From: an uncultured Bacteroidales bacterium
GTDB taxonomy: Bacteria; Bacteroidota; Bacteroidia; Bacteroidales; B18-G4
Assembly: GCA_964536525.1 (NCBI GenBank)
Contig: CAZHYA010000002.1
Span: forward strand, 1 to 34,936
Length of the DNA stretch: 34,936 nucleotides
Direction of reading: 5' to 3'
Below the pieces are notes generated by a model. That model worked only from the letters and a program-made list of their open reading frames with translations. It had not been told where the DNA came from and did no database searches. Positions within the stretch are counted from its first letter, which is position 1. The number at the start of each line of letters is the position of its first letter. This document shows positions 17,801 through 26,162 of this stretch, one piece after another. The position numbers and the translations under genes were made by a program.

Positions 17801-18271
17801 TTATTTGCGCGTCATGATATCAAAGGCAGCTCCTTCGGACCAGTCGCAAATGGCAGTGATGTCGTCATGATCAAGCGCTGCGTCGCGGTTCAACATCAGG
17901 TAATTGGCCGGAGGCATGCTGCTGTCGCTTACCGATTCGCAGATACCGTCGAGCAGGGCGATCTTTTGCCTGACTTCCAATGAACCGTATTCGCTGAGAT
18001 TCATTTCGGCCTTGCCATTGCTGATATGCTGGCTGATGATCCATGAAAAGGGGGCGATATGGGCATACCATGGGTAATCGGTCGTGTTCGAATGGCAATT
18101 GTAGCACGAATGGCTGATCTGCGCCCTGATGGGCTCCGGGATCCCCGGATGCTGAACAAAAAGGTCATCGGCAGTGGCCTCACCGCCAAGGTTCATCTCC
18201 GGACGGAAAAACTGTATCACGACAAAGGCAACGATCAGGATGTATAAACTGTTACGGCCTGTTTTTTTCAT
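17801..18271 (-). CDS. Heme-binding (Haem_bd) domain protein with a single CxxCH
   Basis: N-terminal anchor LYILIVAFVVIQFFRP. CYNCH followed by SNTTDYPWYAHIAPFSWII, then SSMPP and ITAICDW. This layout is typical of small Bacteroidota heme-binding domain proteins. Confidence 0.75.
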   Translation of the reverse strand: MKKTGRNSLYILIVAFVVIQFFRPEMNLGGEATADDLFVQHPGIPEPIRAQISHSCYNCHSNTTDYPWYAHIAPFSWIISQHISNGKAEMNLSEYGSLEVRQKIALLDGICESVSDSSMPPANYLMLNRDAALDHDDITAICDWSEGAAFDIMTRK

Positions 18272-18357
18272 GTCGGTATGGTTTCATTAATACAATACGG
18301 CAAGCCTTTTATTGAAAGGCTACCGGAATTTAACAATAAGGATCACATCATTAAGGC

Positions 18358-18765
18358 TTATTCTCCTTCTTCAATGAGCCTGTCGGCCTCAGCATTGGCC
18401 CATGTGGTGATCACGGTGATCTCCTCGTCGGTGAGGGCCCTGTCGGGATAATCTTCCACATACTTTTTCGGGGGCATCTTTTTCCCCTTTACCTCGTCGC
18501 TGATGTCGCTGAGCTTGCCCACCTTTTTCGACAGTTTATAATCTTCCCACTTCGAAAAGTTAAGCCTGCTTTTGGCTTTAAGGTTGCTTGCCTCATCGCT
18601 ATGGCAGTCGAAACATGAACGTTCGAGCAGCACCGTCACCTCTTCCGGGAAGCCCGTCGCGGGATCTTCCGGTGCAGGCGTGACGACACTTACCGGGGTC
18701 CTGGCGGCAATGAAGAATAACATGGCAAGCGCCGGAATGATAATGAATACAATGGTCCTTTTCAT
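18358..18765 (-). CDS. Heme-binding (Haem_bd-like) domain protein with a single CxxCH, shorter paralogue
   Basis: Signal/anchor MKRTIVFIIIPALAMLFFIAA. CFDCH, KKMPP and ITVITTW occur in the same order as in the downstream paralogue. Confidence 0.7.
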   Translation of the reverse strand: MKRTIVFIIIPALAMLFFIAARTPVSVVTPAPEDPATGFPEEVTVLLERSCFDCHSDEASNLKAKSRLNFSKWEDYKLSKKVGKLSDISDEVKGKKMPPKKYVEDYPDRALTDEEITVITTWANAEADRLIEEGE

Positions 18766-18794
18766 ACGAAACGAATTTTATTGATGTTCCTCAA

Positions 18795-18802
18795 CAAAGA
18801 TA
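18795..18802 (-). promoter_or_regulatory. Candidate internal -7 promoter box TATCTTTG for the heme-binding gene pair
   Basis: The minus strand reads ttatTATCTTTGttg, an exact TAnnTTTG match 30 nt upstream of the ATG at 18765, in a 69-nt gap. Confidence 0.45.
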
Positions 18803-18834
18803 ATAAAATTGACGGATGGATCAGTGGCTGCTCA

Positions 18835-19200
18835 TCATGCTGCAAAGCTTCCCCTGAAACGGAAGAATACCCGACCCTCTCCAATGATTTCTGCACTCAG
18901 CCTGAGGTTGCCCTCCCCGTCGAGCGAAAAAGACCCGCCAAGCTGCACCCGGGCATGCTTCCGCGGATCGATGAGCTGAAGGAATTTAATGTTGGATGAT
19001 TCTTTCAGCCTCAGCTCAGTGCCCGCGATGCGGTTGGCAATGTCGCCTGCAATGCGGATCAGGGCCACTCCAGGCACCACCGGCTGTCCGGGGAAATGCC
19101 CGGCAAACACCGGGTGGGCAGGGTTGAAGCTCACTGTGGCGGAAAATGTACCTTCCGTCACTCCGAAATCCCGTATCTCATATAAGGTGTCAAGAGCCAC
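18835..19200 (-). CDS. FabZ/FabA-like hotdog-fold 3-hydroxyacyl-ACP dehydratase
   Basis: Conserved HPVFAGHFPGQPVVPGVALIRIAG motif. The only available start is GTG at 19200, since there is no in-frame ATG between the upstream TGA (19272-19270) and the stop. Confidence 0.78.
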   Translation of the reverse strand: MALDTLYEIRDFGVTEGTFSATVSFNPAHPVFAGHFPGQPVVPGVALIRIAGDIANRIAGTELRLKESSNIKFLQLIDPRKHARVQLGGSFSLDGEGNLRLSAEIIGEGRVFFRFRGSFAA

Positions 19201-19269
19201 AGGGCAAAAATAGTCTTTTTCGGCGATGGATCGCGATAGGGATTTCCGGGCATTACCATGAAAATTGTA

Positions 19270-19944
19270 TCACTCGATAATGTCGAGCCGGAACTTCAAC
19301 CCGAACCCTGCCTGCTCAATGAGGATATGTGCAGGGCAGTGGCCGGCCCTTTCAGGCGCGAGCGTGATGGTGATGCGGTCCCGGCCAAGGAGGCCACCGA
19401 TATTCACGATTTCGCTGTATGGCTCAACCAGGTTGGTGCTCACGTAGGCATCCCTGCCCTTATATGCGTCCATCATGATCATCACTGCGGCGCCTTCCTC
19501 CTTCAGGAAAGTCTTGCGTGTTCCACCCGCAGGACCGGGGCCCAGCAGCATGCTGAAATATTTTTCGAATTTGTTCAGAAGGATATCCCTGTCGAGGGGC
19601 GAATAGATATTTCGCACATACAGGTTAAGGTGGTTTTCCTTATTGATATTTCGAAGTTCGAAATCGAAGAAGTTCAGCCCCAGCTCACTGAAAAAAGCCA
19701 CCTTGTAGCTGCCGTCGTCGAAAGCCTTGATCATCATCAGCCCGTCGAACCCGCGGTCGCCGACCTCGAGCCGGGCCTTGTACAATGCCTTGTCGAAGCC
19801 CGGCGGAAAAGGCATCAGCCCCTGGTACTCCTGCAATTCCATGTAGAGCTTCCCGCCCTTGCCGTACTCCGACATGTAGCATCCCGGCAGGAACAGGGTC
19901 AGCAGGCTAATGCAGATCAAAAATATGTTGCGGGAGATCTTCAT
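19270..19944 (-). CDS. Hypothetical lipoprotein
   Basis: MKISRNIFLICISLLTLFLPGC lipobox. Overlaps the LolA-like gene by 38 nt. No family recognised. Confidence 0.7.
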   Translation of the reverse strand: MKISRNIFLICISLLTLFLPGCYMSEYGKGGKLYMELQEYQGLMPFPPGFDKALYKARLEVGDRGFDGLMMIKAFDDGSYKVAFFSELGLNFFDFELRNINKENHLNLYVRNIYSPLDRDILLNKFEKYFSMLLGPGPAGGTRKTFLKEEGAAVMIMMDAYKGRDAYVSTNLVEPYSEIVNIGGLLGRDRITITLAPERAGHCPAHILIEQAGFGLKFRLDIIE

Positions 19945-20563
19945 TGAGGCGTTTGTTCATAAAACGGATGTTGGTGAAATCACCCGAACGTTCGATCATG
20001 TGCAGCTCGTCGACCGTATAATTTTGCTTGTTGATGAAAAGGTGTATCTCTGTCAGGAATTCTTTCATGTTGGCGTCGAGGGGGGTGAGCACCAGTTTAA
20101 ATGCCTGATCGCTTTCATAATAGGCGAAGATGAAATTCTTGTTGTCGAGGATGGTGCCGTTTACCATGTTGAGCATGATGCTGTTGATCTCGCGGAACAT
20201 CCTTCCGGAGGCGGCATCGTAAATGTTCGTCTTGTCCTGGTTGCGGATGAGGATGGAATCATGGCTGAAGATGATGAGGTAGGTGAAGGGCTCGGTATAC
20301 TCCCAGCGCAGCATGTTCTCTTTCCGGAAATAGAATTTCCCTTTGCTTTTAACTTCTTCTTCAAGGAAGCTGAGCTGCTTCACCTGCACAAAATCGCTGG
20401 CGATGCTGTTGGTTTCGGCTGTGCTTTCGGCCATTTTCTGCCTGAAATGCCCTTCATCTTTCATCTTGCTGAATCCTTCCTGGGCCATGCCCCCCTTGGT
20501 TACGAGCAACAGCAAAGGCAGCAGCAGGAGCAGGCGAAGGTTTCTATTGTATTGGTTCTGCAT
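19907..20563 (-). CDS. LolA-like outer-membrane lipoprotein carrier family protein
   Basis: Signal peptide LRLLLLLPLLLLVTKGGMAQ. LolA-like FVQVKQLSFLEEEVKSKGKFYFRKENMLRWEYTEP. Confidence 0.8.
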   Translation of the reverse strand: MQNQYNRNLRLLLLLPLLLLVTKGGMAQEGFSKMKDEGHFRQKMAESTAETNSIASDFVQVKQLSFLEEEVKSKGKFYFRKENMLRWEYTEPFTYLIIFSHDSILIRNQDKTNIYDAASGRMFREINSIMLNMVNGTILDNKNFIFAYYESDQAFKLVLTPLDANMKEFLTEIHLFINKQNYTVDELHMIERSGDFTNIRFMNKRLNEDLPQHIFDLH

Positions 20564-20984
20564 TGTTTACGAGTTTAATCCTGATGTGCATATCTTCATT
20601 CATGAAAAAGCTGGCATTTTTATATTTGGCCGGCCCCAGCTTGCCCCTGGCATCGTTCGAAAAGCCGAAAGGCTCCAGGGGGATGCCCTTGCCCCCGGTG
20701 TCGAGCAGGCCGTTGCCGTTCAGGTCCTGGAACACCGCTATGGCGTAAGTGCCCGCTTTCATATTTCTGAAGGCCAGCTGTAGCGTGTCGGACACAACTG
20801 CGTTGACCGCGCTCCGGCAGGCTGCATCGGGGTTCATATAGTTGCCGGGGTCATCGTATATGGCGACAAACAATTCCCCCTTCGGGGGATGGATGTTCGT
20901 GATGGTTACCGACAGCTCGCCTGCCTGCTGGGCTCCGGCCAGCGAGCAGATCAGGAGCAAATATGCCAGGATCAGCGTTTTCAT
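20544..20984 (-). CDS. DUF2141 domain protein (secreted)
   Basis: Signal peptide MKTLILAYLLLICSLAGAQ. DUF2141-typical GELFVAIYDD, GTYAIAVFQDLNGNGLLD and GIPLEPFGFSND. Confidence 0.8.
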   Translation of the reverse strand: MKTLILAYLLLICSLAGAQQAGELSVTITNIHPPKGELFVAIYDDPGNYMNPDAACRSAVNAVVSDTLQLAFRNMKAGTYAIAVFQDLNGNGLLDTGGKGIPLEPFGFSNDARGKLGPAKYKNASFFMNEDMHIRIKLVNNAEPIQ

Positions 20985-20985
20985 A

Positions 20986-21759
20986 TCAGCGGTAAGCTTT
21001 TATACCAAGCAGTTCATCCAGGGGAACGATCGCAAAGCCCGATGCCCTGGCCTCCCTGATCACGGCTTCAAGGATATCGTCGATGCCGGGCCTGTCGTCG
21101 TGGAGCAGCACCACCTTTCCGGGTTTAAGACGTCGAACCACGCGATTTATTGTTCTTTCCTTTCGCGAAACAGTGTCGAGCGACCTGATGCTCCATCCCA
21201 CCACGGTGTAATTCAATAAACGTGCCGCCCGGGCAATGTTGGGATTGGTCACGCCGAAGGGAGGCCTGAAAAGTTTCATTTTTTTGCCCGTGACTTTCTC
21301 CACAAGGTCTTCCGTCCGTTTCAGTTCATCCATCACCCTTGAAGTCGTGTAAAACCCGAAAGTATTGCGATGCGAGAATGAGTGATTGCCGGGGATATGG
21401 CCCTCGGCAGTCATCCGCCTGATAATAGCTTCGTGCCCCGCGATATTTTTCCCTTTCAGAAAAAATGCGGCTTTTATATCGTTAGCCTTCAGGATGTCGA
21501 GCACCTGCGGTGTTGAGGTGGCATGCGGGCCGTCGTCGAAGGTCAGGGCGATCTGTTTCTTCACAGGGCTGCCCGAGCAATGCACTTTCATGTAGAGCCC
21601 GCTGCAGACGAGGAATGACCCTGCCGCCAGCATGCCGAGGTTGAGCACGAACAGGACCAGCACCATCCACGGCTGCAACATCCCCCGGGCCAGCCCGCCA
21701 GCGACGGCAAGCAGGGACATGAGCAGGATGAGCAGAAATACCTTTCTGTAAGCTAACAT
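20986..21759 (-). CDS. Membrane-anchored polysaccharide deacetylase (NodB homology domain)
   Basis: Two N-terminal hydrophobic helices, then NodB motifs LTFDDGPH, GHIPGNHSFSH and LLHD. Confidence 0.85.
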   Translation of the reverse strand: MLAYRKVFLLILLMSLLAVAGGLARGMLQPWMVLVLFVLNLGMLAAGSFLVCSGLYMKVHCSGSPVKKQIALTFDDGPHATSTPQVLDILKANDIKAAFFLKGKNIAGHEAIIRRMTAEGHIPGNHSFSHRNTFGFYTTSRVMDELKRTEDLVEKVTGKKMKLFRPPFGVTNPNIARAARLLNYTVVGWSIRSLDTVSRKERTINRVVRRLKPGKVVLLHDDRPGIDDILEAVIREARASGFAIVPLDELLGIKAYR

Positions 21760-22820
21760 GCCGTAAGAAGGATTAACGCGTGATTGGTATTATGGTTCTG
21801 GTTATAAATGAGGATGTTGCCGATCCTGCCGGGTGGTTGCGTATTGCCGTACAATATCTCTGCCGGGTAATCCTGCTTTTTCAGGATCATGGCTGCCAGC
21901 CAGGTGGCAAAGGCCGATGCGGTGTAGTATTCGCCGCAGAGGTGTTTGTAATATGCCCGGGCAGTGGTGGGAAACAATCCATCGGTGATGCGATGGTAAA
22001 CCTCATCGCCATTGCTGTCGCCGTTCATCCCGGTGATCAGCAGGTCGACATCCCCGGCGCCGAGGCCCTGGCCGGAAAGGAATTTCAGGATAAATCCCAT
22101 GGTTTCCTCATCATCTTTGGGCCTGTAAAAGGTATGAACGCCTTCAATCCGGGCATAGTTGCCGGGGTGTTCGCTTCCGCTTAACACGAAGAACGAAGCC
22201 CCTTCACCCGCTATGGACCCGGGTCCCCCGTGCTCAAGGAGCCTGAGGGTGTTGCCGATGTCTTTTTTCCAGTATCCCGCATTGAGGGCGATACGGTAAT
22301 AGGCCTCGGTCATTTCGTCGATGCCGGCCAGCAGCACCTTGTCGCCCGGGTGGTCGGAAACATGCATCAGGCTGTCGAGCATGGCACATTCGAACGAAGT
22401 GGTGTCGTTCACATAGGTCAGGTTATAGGTGTTGCACTTCAGCATCACGGCGATATGGGCACCCACGGTGTTGTGTGTCGACTGTATAAAAGCGGTAGGG
22501 GTGAGCAGTTGCTCAGCGTTTTCGATCAGTGAGACGAGAAATTTTTCGGTATCTCCCATCATCCCGAGCCCGGTGCCCGCGATGATGGCATCGGGCACTT
22601 CAAGGTCGGCATCGCGCAGGCATTTCCCGGCAGCAGCCACTCCCATCTTAAGGATACGGCTCATGCGGCGCATCTGTACCGGGTTGATATATTCTTTGTA
22701 ATTGGGTTCGATACAATGGAGGTGGGCACTGTCGTAAGCGGTCACTGCCAGAGGCCAGGAGGTGGTCTCCCAGCTCTGCTGTGGTGAAATATTCCCTATA
22801 CCCCTGATATATGCTTTCAT
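21753..22820 (-). CDS. Beta-ketoacyl synthase-like protein lacking the active-site Cys (chain-length-factor-like partner)
   Basis: Thiolase-fold sequence, but the Cys position reads YVNDTTSFECAM rather than DTACSS. Separated by 1 nt from the active KS upstream. Confidence 0.82.
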   Translation of the reverse strand: MKAYIRGIGNISPQQSWETTSWPLAVTAYDSAHLHCIEPNYKEYINPVQMRRMSRILKMGVAAAGKCLRDADLEVPDAIIAGTGLGMMGDTEKFLVSLIENAEQLLTPTAFIQSTHNTVGAHIAVMLKCNTYNLTYVNDTTSFECAMLDSLMHVSDHPGDKVLLAGIDEMTEAYYRIALNAGYWKKDIGNTLRLLEHGGPGSIAGEGASFFVLSGSEHPGNYARIEGVHTFYRPKDDEETMGFILKFLSGQGLGAGDVDLLITGMNGDSNGDEVYHRITDGLFPTTARAYYKHLCGEYYTASAFATWLAAMILKKQDYPAEILYGNTQPPGRIGNILIYNQNHNTNHALILLTAC

Positions 22821-22821
22821 A

Positions 22822-24021
22822 TCAATACTTTGATATTATAAGGCTTGAATCGTTGCCCCCGAAGCCGAAAGAATTGGTAAGCACATGATCAATTTTTTTC
22901 CTGGTCAGCTCCGTGACGGGTTCAAAGCTCAGCTCTTCGATCTTTTTCGAAAAGTTAAGGTTAGGGAAGATCAGCTGCTCCCTGATGGCCATGAGCGAAA
23001 AAACCGTTTCCACCACTCCGGCTGCGGCGAGGGTGTGCCCGGTGAACGGCTTGGTGGAGGATACCGGTGGCACGGCAGGTGCAAAGATCCTGTCGATGGC
23101 CAGGCCTTCGGTGAGGTCGTTGTTGTCGGTGCCTGTACCATGGGCGTTGATGTAGCCAATGTCGGACGGTTTGAGGCCGCTCATGTCGAGGGCTCCCTTC
23201 ATGGCGAGGTAAGGCCCGAAGCCGTCGGGCGAGCTGGCGGTCTGGTGATAGGCATCGTTGGCGTTGGCATAGCCGGCAATCTCACCGAACACTTCCTTGC
23301 CCTGTCTTGTCGCGGAATCTTCGGATTCAAGCACAATAAAAGCAGCCCCTTCTCCCAGGTTCAGTCCGGTGCGGCTCGCATCCATGGGCCGGCAGTGCCC
23401 CTTGTCGAGGATCATGAGGGTGTTGAAGCCATTGAGGGTGAAACGCGAAAGGGCGTCGGTGCCCCCGGCGATGACACGGTCGGCCAGCCCGTGGCGGATC
23501 AGCTTCGAGGCGAACATGATGGCGTTGAGCGACGAGGAACAGGCGGTGCTGATGGTAATGTTGAGATGCCTCAGCCCCAGCAGGTCGCAGATCTTGTTAC
23601 TGCTGTCGCTGCAGTTGTGCGTATCGAAAAAGTGTTTGTAAAGGTCATTTTCGAGGAAGTCGGAATAATGTTCCTCGGTTTTGTCCATCCCCCCAACGGT
23701 GCTGGATGATACCAGGGCCGTTTGTGTGCTGTCGGTGATCCCGTAACGCCCGAAGGCCGATTCCCAGGCTTCACGGGCAGCGACCATACCCAGCAGGGTG
23801 GTGCGGGTATATAGCTGATGGTTGGCCGTGCCCGACAAGGCGGCAAGCTGCTCGTTGGTGAGCTTGATCTCGGCGGCAGGCAGATCGTCGCGGTGACGGG
23901 TCCTGAGCAGGCTGATGGCCCCTACGCCATGCCTCCGCTGCAGGAGCGAATCCAGGTTTTCACCGGCATCCTTCCCGATGGCGGTAATGATCCCCATGCC
24001 GGTAACCAGAACCTTCTGCAT
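22822..24021 (-). CDS. Beta-ketoacyl-ACP synthase (FabF/KS-alpha-like, catalytically complete)
   Basis: ISTACSSSLNAI (Cys), NAHGTGTDNND (His) and GHTLAAAGVVE (His). Confidence 0.92.
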   Translation of the reverse strand: MQKVLVTGMGIITAIGKDAGENLDSLLQRRHGVGAISLLRTRHRDDLPAAEIKLTNEQLAALSGTANHQLYTRTTLLGMVAAREAWESAFGRYGITDSTQTALVSSSTVGGMDKTEEHYSDFLENDLYKHFFDTHNCSDSSNKICDLLGLRHLNITISTACSSSLNAIMFASKLIRHGLADRVIAGGTDALSRFTLNGFNTLMILDKGHCRPMDASRTGLNLGEGAAFIVLESEDSATRQGKEVFGEIAGYANANDAYHQTASSPDGFGPYLAMKGALDMSGLKPSDIGYINAHGTGTDNNDLTEGLAIDRIFAPAVPPVSSTKPFTGHTLAAAGVVETVFSLMAIREQLIFPNLNFSKKIEELSFEPVTELTRKKIDHVLTNSFGFGGNDSSLIISKY

Positions 24022-24024
24022 GCC

Positions 24025-24279
24025 TTATTTTTGGTGTTCGGTGATGTATTCGGCCATCGTCCTCACCGAGAAGAATATCTTTCTGCCGTCTTTAGGATCC
24101 TCGATCTTGATGCCGTAGTTCTTCTCCAGCAATACGATGAGCTCCAGGGCATCGATGCTATCAAGCCCCAGCCCTTCACCAAAAAGAGGCGAATCGGTTT
24201 CGATATCGCCGGGTTCCATCTCCTCCAGGTTCAGCACCTCAATGATCTCTGCTTTCAGTTTTTGAATCAGTTCTTCCAT
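24025..24279 (-). CDS. Acyl carrier protein
   Basis: 84 aa and acidic, with the phosphopantetheine site GLGLDSIDALELI. Confidence 0.9.
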   Translation of the reverse strand: MEELIQKLKAEIIEVLNLEEMEPGDIETDSPLFGEGLGLDSIDALELIVLLEKNYGIKIEDPKDGRKIFFSVRTMAEYITEHQK

Positions 24280-24932
24280 TCGGGTTCCGCTTTGTAAATG
24301 TTTATAAGATTTAAAGGCTCAAAGATAATATCTTCCTCCGACTTTTTACGGCCCAATTCTGCATCCTGGTGTTCAACCAGGAACAAAAGCGATTCGTAAG
24401 CGTTGCCGTATTGTTCCACCCATCCGCAGACTGCACAGTCGAGAGCGCCTGTTTCAAATGCCATGCGGGTGATCCCGGCAATCGTTTCAGCGTCAAAGCC
24501 GGGGGTGATGAATACCACGTTTTCGCCTTTCAGCCCGTGCCTGATGGCGGCTTCCCCGGCCATGATGTTTGGCAGGGTATACACGAAGTTCGAGGGGCTG
24601 GGGAAGTAGCTTTCGCGGTCGCGGATGGTGGAATAATGTTTCTCGTCGATTTCAAGCGAAGAGCTGGCATTGGTGAGGATGAGGCCTGTTTTTTCCGGCT
24701 CGTGGCGCCTGCTTATGCCGGTATCCTTCAGCAGCAGTTCCACGGATAGGAATCCGAGCTTGCTGAGGCTGTCCATCTTGAAAAATTTCGGGTAATCCAC
24801 CCCGAAATGCCTGTAGGCAGCCCTGATAAAATCACGGTAAGCCCCGTCACCATCATGGGCAAAGATCACCTTTCCGTCGACGGAGACCTTTTTTTGCCTG
24901 AACAGGATATGTTTTGTAACCGACAGCATCAT
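24267..24932 (-). CDS. Short KS-like protein (about half of a thiolase fold, no active-site Cys)
   Basis: 221 aa. LILTNASSSLEID occupies the place of the ACxSS Cys motif. ATGA overlap with the upstream KS and a 13-nt overlap with the ACP gene. Confidence 0.72.
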   Translation of the reverse strand: MMLSVTKHILFRQKKVSVDGKVIFAHDGDGAYRDFIRAAYRHFGVDYPKFFKMDSLSKLGFLSVELLLKDTGISRRHEPEKTGLILTNASSSLEIDEKHYSTIRDRESYFPSPSNFVYTLPNIMAGEAAIRHGLKGENVVFITPGFDAETIAGITRMAFETGALDCAVCGWVEQYGNAYESLLFLVEHQDAELGRKKSEEDIIFEPLNLINIYKAEPEWKN

Positions 24933-26086
24933 ATTTTACGGAATATAACGGCGGCATTGCTGCCTCCGAAGCCTGAAGCGGTTTTCAGGCAGGTGGTTAT
25001 TTCTTGTTCGTGTGATTCCCTGATCACATTCAGGTTTTTCGACACCCCGTGATCTTCGTATCCCGCGGAGCGGAAAAGCATGTTCATCCGCATCGACTGC
25101 AGGGAGATGGCGGCTTCGATCACGCCGGCAGCGCCCAGCGTATGGCCGATATATCCCTTGTAGCTGTTCAGCGGAGCTTGCTCCAGCCCGGCTGCGCTGA
25201 AAGCCTTGGCCTCCATCTCGTCGTTGTAGTCGGTGGCGGTGCCATGGGCGGAGATGGTGTCAATATTTTCAGGCCTGGTGCCGGTGAGCTTCATGGCCGC
25301 CTTGATGGCAAGGTACAGGCCCTCGCCCGTGCGTGAGGGGCCTGAGATGTGGTTGGCGTCGTTGCTGCCTGCCCCGCCCTGTACTGTCACCGGAACCTTG
25401 TCATTCACGCTCTTTTCATTGTCGCTGAGGATGATGGTGGCGCAGCCTTCGCCCAGGGTAAGGCCGTCGCGACTGCGGTCGAAGGGTTTGCAGGCTGTCA
25501 TGCTCAGCGACTGGAACGAGAGGAAGCCCGAAACGATGAACTCATGCATGAGGTCGCCCCCGCACACCACCACGTTACGATACCTTCCGGCCCTGATCAG
25601 CCGTTCGCCGCAGATGATGCCCAGCACGCCCGAAACACAGGCATTGGAAACGACCATCGGGGTGTTGGGATTCGCGAAATAACGACCGATGGCCCGGGCC
25701 ATTTCATGCAGGAAGATCCTTTCTCTCCCGTACTTTTCGGCCATGAGCGGATCCAGCAGGTCGATGTTGCCCTTGGTGCTGCTGATGATGATGAGGGTGT
25801 CGCCGGAGGTGATATCCACCCCGCTCTGTGCCAATGATGCGGTAATGGAGAGGATGATCATCTTTTCGAGGGGGGTATATGGCCCTCCGGCGGACGGCGG
25901 CAGGCCGCAAAAAAGCGCTTCAAGCCTCCGGTGGTCGACCTTCGAGAGGGGCAGGTCGATGGGGGCAAAGACCTTGCTTTCATCGATGGCGATGCCCGAG
26001 CGTCCGGCAATGATGTTGCCGAGGTTCTCCGGGGTTGAAAATCCCAGGGAAGTGATAATATTTTCTGCTCCTGCGTAGACGTTCAT
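24929..26086 (-). CDS. Beta-ketoacyl-ACP synthase (stand-alone, catalytically complete)
   Basis: VVSNACVSGVLGI (Cys), SAHGTATDYND (His) and GYIGHTLGAAGVIE (His). Confidence 0.9.
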   Translation of the reverse strand: MNVYAGAENIITSLGFSTPENLGNIIAGRSGIAIDESKVFAPIDLPLSKVDHRRLEALFCGLPPSAGGPYTPLEKMIILSITASLAQSGVDITSGDTLIIISSTKGNIDLLDPLMAEKYGRERIFLHEMARAIGRYFANPNTPMVVSNACVSGVLGIICGERLIRAGRYRNVVVCGGDLMHEFIVSGFLSFQSLSMTACKPFDRSRDGLTLGEGCATIILSDNEKSVNDKVPVTVQGGAGSNDANHISGPSRTGEGLYLAIKAAMKLTGTRPENIDTISAHGTATDYNDEMEAKAFSAAGLEQAPLNSYKGYIGHTLGAAGVIEAAISLQSMRMNMLFRSAGYEDHGVSKNLNVIRESHEQEITTCLKTASGFGGSNAAVIFRKI

Positions 26087-26162
26087 AGGGAGGGCAAAAA
26101 TAAGAAAAAAATCAGGTCAGCGGGCAGCGGAAAGGCGGAGCCGGCACCTTTGCAGGAGGCGG

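Noticed and set aside
18303-18321. 7-bp stem-loop agccttt-tattg-aaaggct between the two heme-binding genes as a terminator
   Set aside because: The stem is short, no U-run follows it on the minus strand, and the downstream gene has no promoter box of its own. It is more likely an mRNA-stabilising or processing hairpin, if anything, and is mentioned under the heme-protein finding instead.
19198-19272. Possible TGA read-through fusing the 19270..19944 lipoprotein with the 18835..19200 dehydratase, which is in the same frame with 23 sense codons between them
   Set aside because: Sharing a frame has a one-in-three chance. A secreted lipoprotein fused to a cytoplasmic hotdog dehydratase makes no topological sense. 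I saw no recoding signal or SECIS-like structure.
26087-26162. GC-rich gap after the ABC permease as a rho-independent terminator
   Set aside because: Only a 5-bp aaagg/ccttt pairing could be found, and there is no U-tract. That is not convincing as a terminator.
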